DNA from: Octopus vulgaris
Taxonomy: Eukaryota
Direction: 5' to 3'
Assembly (NCBI GenBank): GCA_951406725.2
Contig: OX597824.1
Span: forward strand, 9,610,001 to 9,674,000
Length of the DNA: 64,000 nucleotides
The position numbers and the translations under genes are program-made. The notes beneath the pieces were generated by a model. It did no database searches. It saw only the letters and a program-made list of their open reading frames with translations, and was not told the origin of the DNA. How positions within the stretch are numbered: the stretch's first letter is position 1; each line of letters starts with the position of its first letter. This document shows, piece after piece, positions 55,107 to 64,000 of the stretch.

Positions 55107-55920
55107 CTATTCCTTTCAACTTCAGTCTTTATAGTTTCAAATGTCTTAACAGTTTTAATCAATGAATTCCAAAATCAGTGAATTCTAAGACATGTATGTC
55201 TCAATATAGAGTTCAAAATTATATATTTTAATCATATTCCATTTCTTGTTTGTGAAGCCAATTTATATATATTTTCAATACGTATAGATTTAGTCTTTCT
55301 AATATATATTCAAATGCGAATCGACGCATGGTGTCATATGTTGAAATAGTATTGTGTGTTAAAAACACAGAACTTCGTCCCGAACACCAGTGAGTCGCCA
55401 GACACTCTGTATTTTGCTCTGATTTGATCTCATTCATTCTTAGCTAAAATGGAAAGGCTTCTCTTCGATACAGAGATCGATAAACAAAACATTTACTGAT
55501 TTGTATATTTGAGTAAGCATTTTTGGTTTAGTTCAAGACGTTCGGTCTTTCATCACTAATGTGAACCAATCGGGCCGAAACTCCATGTCTGGTGATCCAC
55601 CGGTGTTCTTATCGGAGGCCCTTTAACACACAAGGTTCAATGAGATGTTTCCTTCAGACACTTTGAGACGCTCAACTTTTGTGTACACAATATATATGAT
55701 ATACAGAGCGATATTTTAGCCTAAATCTATTTCCAGTTCATATATCAAAGTCAGTCTTTCCATTATATATGATTTTAGTAATTTCTGAAATTAGTCGGCA
55801 TTTTTTTTATTTGCTGCCGACTGAAACTGGGCTTGCGCGGTGCATTGGAAAAATTATAACATATAATAATGAGACACGTGTTATTCTGTCTCTAAATTAT
55901 ATGTTAATGTTTGGCGTACC

Positions 55921-55985
55921 CACTGATGAGAACTTCGCCTAGTATATTATTTTATTTGCTAAATAAAGTTCGAAACCTAGGTCTG
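55921..55985 (+). ncRNA. Type I hammerhead ribozyme motif, intact core, weak stem I
   Basis: ca-CTGATGA-gaactt...aagttc-GAAA-cctagg-TC-tg; perfect palindrome acctaggt in stem III; lies in a 1-kb segment between (TA)n tracts. Confidence 0.78.
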
Positions 55986-56122
55986 CCTGTAAAAGCATGG
56001 TAAAATTTGTATCTTTCATTCTCTTCGAAATTGCTCTTACATGTAGTTTTGGACGTTTTGACTGCTCCTTCTAGCATGTAAGGTGGCCTGTTAAGAGTAC
56101 CTCTTTTTGTATTTAAATGTAC

Positions 56123-56229
<107 letters not shown>

Positions 56230-56599
56230 AATTTTATTCAGCCAGACTATACGTGACATTATTTCTATCAGGTGTGAAATATTTTCAATTAATTCACACT
56301 TTCAGTGTTATTCTGTTTCTTATAAATATTTCAATTAAGTTTCACTTCAGCAATATTCAATATTGCTTATCAATACTGTGGCTGGTTCGAAGCCATCCTT
56401 ACAATAGGTGCTCCATATCTCAACCTTAAAATCAGCCTTGTCCTAAAAGAGGAACTTCTTTTAATAATTTTTTTTTTACTGTACATTCAAACCATCACTC
56501 TCATTACACCAACAGGAAAATACTGTCGAAAAATTATTAATTTGCGAACCAGAAATATGCTGTGTGACGACCAGTATGCCAAAGAATATGCCCAACGTT

Positions 56600-57380
56600 T
56601 ACTCTGTGTATCGTAAGAGGCGACTAAAAATGCAGGTTGAGGTAGAATTTGCACTCTGACCTCGTAAAACCCGCAGTAGCAAAAACTGTTCAGACAGACC
56701 CTTCAGGTTATCTCCTCTGCCTGTAAGGCACGTCGCTTGAAGCAGTTGGGGCAAAGCCGTTTGGACCTCCAGTCGCAAAACAGGATAACCCAGGTACACA
56801 GGCTCGGTTGTGAGGCACGCTTGAGTGGTGCAAAAGTGTCATCCACCAGGAGCAGGGAATCTCCGTTCAACCTGAGGTGGGTGGGCTGGAAATTTCTCTC
56901 TGTGAGAGATAACTCCAATCTGTCCTACTATTCTCGTTACAGCCGGTGAGGAAGTATTTCACTGGTTGGAACACGGCTCGAAGGGTTGCCCGAAACTCCC
57001 CGAGCAGATACCGAAAATGGGTGGATGCAGTGTCACACTGCAATGGTGCATTCTCCCATACCTGACCTAAACTAGAAGTCTATAATTTTAAGATCATGCA
57101 TATCATTGTATATTTCACGTCAGATCATGTGGTGGGTCAGGAAGCCACATGAGCCTCGTCTTCCTTTTTCCTCACTTTCCAAGTCACCTTTCAATTTCCT
57201 CACCCCCTATACTCTCAATCTTTCTTTGAAATGGGGGTTATCTCACCCGTTTTTTTATAGCGTTTTCGTGATTTCAATTCGATTCAAATTCTTCTTTTGT
57301 AGTTTTTCTATTTTATCCCTCCCACACCCCAGGTGATCGTCAAATTCGCCCACTGCGTAGCACCGTCGCTGCACTCAGGT
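56600..57380 (-). pseudogene. Possible degenerate LINE ORF1 remnant
   Basis: GC-richer island; RLCPNCFKRRALQAE resembles a decayed CX2CX4HX4C knuckle; broken frames. Confidence 0.35.
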
Positions 57381-57671
57381 AAACAGCAGTGTTTACCGAT
57401 AAGCGACGTAGCATTGTTAACTTCAATCAGTTAAACTATGAACGAACTTGTTTATCTCAAATTTGAAAAGCTTTCATTAAGTTTTCCCTTTCAATACCAT
57501 TTATTTTTTTATAATTCATGTATAATTCACTTAATTTTAATCAGTGAATATTTACAGATTTATATTTCTCAATATATCATTCAAAAATACAATCTAATTC
57601 TATTGCTTTTATGTTTTTTCGTTACAGCAAATTCACATATATTTGTAATATGTATAACATCAGTCATTTTG

Positions 57672-57763
<92 letters not shown>

Positions 57764-57798
57764 ATATATATATATGTATGTATATATATATATGTATA

Positions 57799-57831
<33 letters not shown>

Positions 57832-58166
57832 CTTTGTTAATTTAATTAAGCTATAAATGACATCGTACAAAAGATTTGAAAATAATGTCATAAAACTTTT
57901 TCGTTGTCAGTGTTAAACGATGCATAGTTTATACATATTGATAATATGTTTCATTATTTTAGCTTTACAAAACATTGTTTACATTAGGATATTTTTTTTT
58001 TTAATTGTCATTCGGTAATTAATTTCAAATATGTTTATTCAGTTTGATGAGTGAAGTGGAACTTATGTTTTTGTTGTATGATCTAATGTTAGATCTGAAG
58101 ATTTACACCCTTTACCCGGATGAAAATTAAAAGTTCCTTCATCTCCACAAGTGGAACGGATACCAG

Positions 58167-58612
58167 CGGCGAGCTAGCAGAAACGTTAGCCGAGCTGTGA
58201 AGGCGAGCTGGCAGAAACGTTAGCACGCCGGGCGAAATGCTTTGCGGTATTTCGTCTGCCGCTACGTTCTGAGTTCAAATTCCGCCGAGGTCGACTTTGC
58301 CTTTCATCCTTTCGGGGTCGATTGAATGAGTACCAGTTACGCACTGGAGTCGATGTAATCGACTTAATCTGTTTGTCTGTCCTTGTTTGTCCTCTCTGTG
58401 TTTAGCCCCTTGTGGGTAGTAAAGAAATAGGTATTTCGGCTGCGTTACGTTCTGAGTTCAAATTCCGCCGAGGTCGACTTTGCCTTTCATCCTTTCGGGG
58501 TCGATAAATTAAGTACCTGTTACGCACTGGGGTCGATGTAATCGACTTAATCCCTTTGTCTGTCCTTGTTTGTCCCCTCTGTGTTTGGCCCCTTGTGGGT
58601 AATAAAGAAATA
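58167..58612 (+). mobile_element. SINE B with duplicated head fragment and two tandem bodies
   Basis: TSD ggataccag at 58158-66 and 58613-21; body restarts at ggtatttcg 58431. Confidence 0.9.
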
Positions 58613-59008
58613 GGATACCAGTGGCCCTAACTCATCTGTTACCACATCACATATCGCAATTTGAACGTAAGATTTGTATTCGAACTCCTTGAGATTTTTT
58701 CCTTTGCCATATTTTTTGCTAGGTTTAGAAAAAATATTCGTCTTTTCAACATAGTTTCTACTCCTGGTTCTATTTCATCAATTGATTTGACCTCACCTGA
58801 AGTTTTGAAACAGCCTCCGTTTTTTTTTTGTGTGTGTGTGTGTGTGTCGTCTTTTACAAAAAATAAATTGTCTTCAGTTGTTGTTGTTGTTGTTTATTTT
58901 GCCTTTTATTTGTTTGAATGCACGAATTTTCCTCACAAGCATTGCGGGCATCGGAGATGGGACGTTTTCATGAAAGAGTTACCTTCGGTTATACTGTTTC
59001 TGTTTAAA

Positions 59009-59231
59009 GGCGGTGAGCTGGCAGAAACGCCAGGCAAAATGCGTAGCCGTATTTCGTCTGTCATTACGTTCCAAGTTCAAATTCCGCCGAGGTCGACTTT
59101 ACCTTTCATCCTTTCGGGGTCGATAAATTAAGTACCAGTTACACACTGGGGTCGATGTAATCGACTTATTCCCTTTGTCTGTCCTTGTTTGTCCCCTCTG
59201 TGTTTAGCCCCTTGTGGGTAGTAAAGAAATA
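59009..59231 (+). mobile_element. SINE family B
   Basis: 19-bp TSD tatactgtttctgtttaaa at 58990-59008 and 59232-59250. Confidence 0.92.
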
Positions 59232-59816
59232 TATACTGTTTCTGTTTAAAATCTCCCATGAAATTAAAATTTTTTCTTATGTTCTGCGTAATCCAAATAA
59301 ACTTACAGTTTCACATAACTTTTAATACTGTAACCAGGAGGTAGTTTCAATAGCTGATCCTTTTCAGAACTATACGAGAATAAAGTGTAGTTTGAATCAA
59401 TACGAGATCACCAAACACGGTGAAGAGACTCCTATGAATGAAGCGGAACCTTTCCGGCGTTCATTACAACATGTGGGACAAAGGATTACAAATGCAAGAT
59501 TATAGCAGAAACGAAATTCTTCTGTTTGTATAACCTCATTATATTTCTATAACTCGTGCATAAGCTTATATGCTCCGGCTTGATAAGCCCATATGTACAT
59601 ATATAGTGTCACAAAGATGTGTGTGAGTGTGTGAGTAATTTGAGGGTGGGCTATGTGTGTGTGTGTCTGTGTGTAAGTGGGTGTCGGTGAGTGTCTATGG
59701 CTGTGTTCGATTATGTGTGTGTGCCTCTGTTAGAAATCATTATTACAGTATTACTCATAAATAAGTATAAAACTAAAACTGCGATAGACGTTCTCTGTAA
59801 GGAAAACACACAAATA

Positions 59817-60187
59817 GGAAAGGAAGCACCCCGGTTACGACGATGAGGGTTCCGGTTGATCCGAATCAACGGAACAGCCTGCTCGTGAAATTAACGTATA
59901 AGTGGCTGAGCACTCCACAGACACGTGTACCCTTAACGTAGTTCTCGGGGATATTCAGCGTGACACAGAGAGTGACAAGGCCGGCCCTTTGAAATACAGG
60001 TACAACAGAAACAGGAAGTAAGAGTGAGAGAAAGTTGTGGTGAAAGAGTACAGCAGGGATCACCACCATCCCCTGCCGGAGCCTCGTGGAGCTTTTTAGG
60101 TGTTTTCGCTCAATAAACACTCACAACGCCCGGTCTGGGAATCGAAACCGCGAGTCCGCTGCCCTAACCACTGGGCCATTGCGCCTC
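59817..60187 (-). mobile_element. SINE family D
   Basis: 12-bp TSD aacacacaaata at 59805-16 and 60188-99. Confidence 0.92.
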
Positions 60188-60907
60188 AACACACAAATAC
60201 ACGCACGTACAATAAAATATAATTGAAAATATATTCCATTTAAAAAATAATTTCTTATCATTTTAATATTACAACAAACTTGTTTGGAAATATTAGGCGG
60301 GATTAACTCTCGATGTTTTTCGATATATCGATATCGAAACACATCTTGCTTGTTACTTTTTAAAACAGATAACCTGAAAATAAATTGAAAATATATTTCA
60401 TTTAAAAAGTAATTTTCTCTTATCATTACAAAATATTAGTTGACATTATAAAGTTTTCATGAATTTCCATAATTTTCCTACGAATATTTTGATCAATTCT
60501 TCTTGGAATATCTTTTCGTTGAATGCGCCACAAACCAACCGACGTCCCTGGTTTATTTTACTCAGAAATTTACTCTTTAATTTTATATATTTCTCTTTCC
60601 TATCTTCCCTATCTAAATCTATGTTCAAAAGAAAGACATAGTCCGAAGCTTCGTTAGCTCTTTCCATTTCTCTGAGGTGGAAAACATATACACATGCATA
60701 CATACATACATATACACATACATATGTGTGTTTATGTATGGATGGATACGGACAGTGAACATTAAAAACGTAACTGGCATTTTTTTGCATTTATATAACG
60801 TCGACGTGTTTCAGTAAGCCGATTGCCGTTACTGCGTCATGGAAACCGGACCCATAAACCTGGCTAGGTTTTAAAAGGGCTGATTTATTATTATTTATTA
60901 ATATATA

Positions 60908-61338
60908 GGCGCAGGAGTTGCTGTGTGGTAAGTAGCTTGTTTACCAGCCACATGGTTCCGGGTTCAGTCCCACTGCGTGGCACCTTGGGTAAGTGTCTTC
61001 TACTATAGCCTCGGGCCGACCAAAGCCTTGTGAGTGGATTTGGTAGGCGGAAACTGAAAGAAGCCCGTCGTATGTATGTATATATATATATATATGTATG
61101 CGTGTGTGTGTTTGTGTGTCTGTGTTTGTCCCCCTAGCATTGCTTGACAACCGATGCTGGTGTGTTTATGTCCCCGTTACTTAGCGGTTCGGCAAAAGAG
61201 ACCGATAGAACAAGTACTGGGCTTACAAAAGAATAAGTCCCGGGGTCGAGTTGCTCGATTAAAGGCGGTGCTCCAGCATGGCCGCAGTCAAATGACTGAA
61301 ACTAATAAAAGAGTAAAAGAGTAAGAGTAAAAGAGTAA
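60908..61338 (+). mobile_element. SINE family C
   Basis: Full-length copy; an additional 3'-half copy follows at about 61400-61597. Confidence 0.92.
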
Positions 61339-61754
61339 TATACATATATATGTGTGTGTGTGTATGTGTGAATGCATTTATGTATGTATCTATGCATGTG
61401 TCTTTGTGTCTGCCTTTGTTCCCCATCACCGCTTGACGATAGGTGTTGGTGTGTTTACGTCCTCGTAACTTAGCGGTTAGTCAAAATACACTGATAAAAT
61501 AAGTACTAGGCTTAAATAAAAAAAAATGTCGTGGAGTCGATTTGTTGATCCAGCATGGCCGCAGTCAAATGACTGAAACAAGTAAAAGAATAAAAGAAGA
61601 GAGTCCAAGTGATGACAAACCCGTATTAATAATTTTCTCTCAATACAATGAGAAAATGTTTTTTCTACAAAATCAAGTAGAAATATTTTACATTTTGCAC
61701 TCTCAGGATCGATAAAAATGCTTATCAATTCAAAGGATTGAATTTATAGAATTC

Positions 61755-62120
61755 TAAGTGCATCAGTCATGCTGCGGCACAGCCTTGAAGGAATTTAGCC
61801 GAAGAAATCGAGCCCAAGATTTATTTTACAAAACTAGCACTTCTATCGGTCACTTTTTGCCGAACCGCTTGTCTACGGGGACGTAAACACGCCAACACCG
61901 GTTGTCAAGTGGTGATGGGGGTAAAAAACACAGACACAAATACACACACACTCACACATATTTACGATGGGCTTCTTTCAGTCTCCGTCAACCAAATCCA
62001 CTCACAGGGTTTTGGTTGGCGCCAGGTTATAGTAGAAGACACTTGTCCAAGTTGCCATGCTGTGGAACTGAACCCGGAACCATGTGGTTGGGAAGCAAGC
62101 TTCTTAACACACGGCCACAT
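61755..62120 (-). mobile_element. Older SINE family C copy
   Basis: Diverged reverse complement of the C consensus. Confidence 0.78.
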
Positions 62121-62719
62121 GACTTCTTTCAGGCAGTGAACTATAACCACGACGGAGTGTAACATTAGAAGTTCAGTCGAACAACTTGGCCCCAGATGCT
62201 ATTTCAATCTGGATAGAGTAACTGCAGATTTCCCAATAGTTCAGCATAGGTGTTCTCTTTTTCATTGATCTTCAGCTTTATGTTTTAACATCCTCAAGAT
62301 GTTTTTTCCACCATTTTTTAATTCTATTCTGAGTTCAAATTTCAGCATGACCTACATTGGTAGAAATCGAATTCGGGTCAAGTCTCCAGTTTGAGAATAT
62401 CTCGTATTTCTTCTCCAGTCCGTTTCGGAAAACTTATAAAGGGTCAATGGGCACTGCTTTTGTCCATTACCAAGATTATAAAACATATTTAAGATCAATA
62501 ATGTTTGTATGAAGAACGAATCTATTCAAAAACTAAATAATGAACTATTCTTTAAATAGTGTAGTGTAAAATATACTTATTTATATGTCAGCTGACAATT
62601 CTATTTCAATCATTTTTAATTTCTCCAGGGACCGTAATAAAGTCAAAATCCATAGAAGCAAATTTTTAAGGTTATGTACATGTGTGTGGAGTGAACTGCA
62701 GTAAAGTGTAGTTCTTAAA

Positions 62720-63104
62720 TCTCTCTCTATATAAACGGCAGTTTGTCTGTGCGTGTTTCTGTGTGTCTGTTAGGTTGTACCCTCACCCTGACCACGGCTT
62801 TCAACCGATTCTGATGAAACTTGACACACACATAGCCCAATGTCATAATTCAAAACTAACGCAGGGAAAATTTTGAAAAGTTCCCCCAGTTCTGAAAAAA
62901 ATCGATAAATTCGACATGGGGTCGAGAATCAGAAACACGAACCACAAACTGTCTAGGGGACGCAACTCCACCTTTTTTAAATCTCAAAAAAAAATTTACC
63001 ATAATTTTTTTCCATTTTTTTGCTATTTTTTGGCTATAACTCTCTAAAAATGCTTTATAGTTATTTCCCTTACAAACCTGAGCAACGCCGGGCGATACTG
63101 CTAG
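62720..63104 (+). mobile_element. Non-autonomous Helitron, second subfamily
   Basis: a|TCtctctctatataaa ... acaaacctgagcaacgccgggcgatactgCTAG|t; same termini as the 6473 family, different interior. Confidence 0.85.
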
Positions 63105-64000
63105 TATGATATAAAATCATTTTCGAAATACCGACATATTGACAGAATGAACTCTTCTTCTGTGCCAATATTTTGGATTTTTTGTTCCTCTGCTGCTTTC
63201 TTAGACTGTCTTGTCTTGATTGTTTACATTCAAATAATACAACTGATTCCCTTTGAGACTTCACTGCATCAGTGATCTTTCGTCGCTACGCATTAATTTT
63301 CTAATCAACTGTCTTTACAAAACCACTCTTCATATACAACCCAATTGCAGATCTCTCTTTCTCCTTTTCTTCCCCTCTCTATTTCTCTCTCCCCCCTCTC
63401 TCTCTCTCTGTCCCTCTTTCTCCCCTATATCTATCTCTCCTTCTCTCTGATGTATTCATCTGTCTGCTTTCAAATCAAATTTGAAACGCATAATTTTCTG
63501 CCACTCGAGTACGAAAATGTGACAGGTCTGTAAGATTTAAAAAGAAATATACTAAAAGTTCAGCATTATAAACTTTAGTCTGAGAGGAAATTCCTCAGAA
63601 TTCCTGATATTGTGTCCAATGCAACCGGATAGCATATATGGAAAATAACAGCCCCGACAATGGTCTATTAACACATTCACCTCAAATTACGAATGGCCAA
63701 GTAACATTTTAAGCCCTTGTATTCAGCATTCGAAGTACCTCTCATATAGAGCCCTTGTATTCGCCTTCGAAGTTCCTCTCATATAGACATGTGGTGCTGT
63801 AGCAAACAAGAACAGTTGGTACGGGCGCCGACAGTATTCCCCTTGTGAGCAACTCGCAAGGCTGATATCACAGTATTCTGCCCTCTTACAATACATCAAC
63901 GTTAAGTAGAATATAAAGGTTGCTTTTTGATATATGAATATATATTTGTGGGTGCATATGTGTATGGCCCTGTGCGTCTGTGTGTGTGTGTGCGAGCGTG

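Noticed and set aside
55300-55500. Possible decayed GIY-YIG (YIFKCESTHGVIC) upstream of the 55921 hammerhead
   Set aside because: Too degenerate to support without a profile search.
60798-60842. Hammerhead-like agtaa...ttact-GAAA-cacg-TC on the minus strand
   Set aside because: Core reads ATGACGC and no 5' stem I partner is present.
63712-63786. 38-bp tandem duplication, and a similar one near 4466-4527
   Set aside because: Ordinary local duplications with no further structure.

Overview
Eukaryotic, AT-rich, repeat-dominated DNA. The SINE families and very dense (TA)n/(GATA)n/(ATT)n microsatellites point to a cephalopod (Octopus-like) genome; this is an inference. I cannot support any intact host gene, RNA gene or CRISPR array, and nearly all long ORFs in the track are microsatellite translations. 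The window holds several tRNA-derived SINE families (many with TSDs, nested and tandem), four non-autonomous Helitrons, two copies of a TIR element, mariner/Tc1 remnants, R4/Dong-like RT and endonuclease remnants, and a Penelope-like GIY-YIG fragment. The main hidden signal is a set of type I hammerhead ribozyme motifs in short Penelope-like/retrozyme-like inserts, mostly next to (TA)n. These include a 482-bp spacer-less palindrome carrying one ribozyme on each strand, a 510-bp monomer with 101-bp terminal redundancy, and a minimal hammerhead with a compensatory A3-U8 core pair. Also notable are a 2.2-kb ORF1-only retroelement inserted in a SINE head with a 15-bp TSD, and a TIR element with a 29-bp TSD at one copy versus 7-8 bp at the other. 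Coordinates were read by eye and may be off by a few bases; SINE family labels B, C and D are my own.
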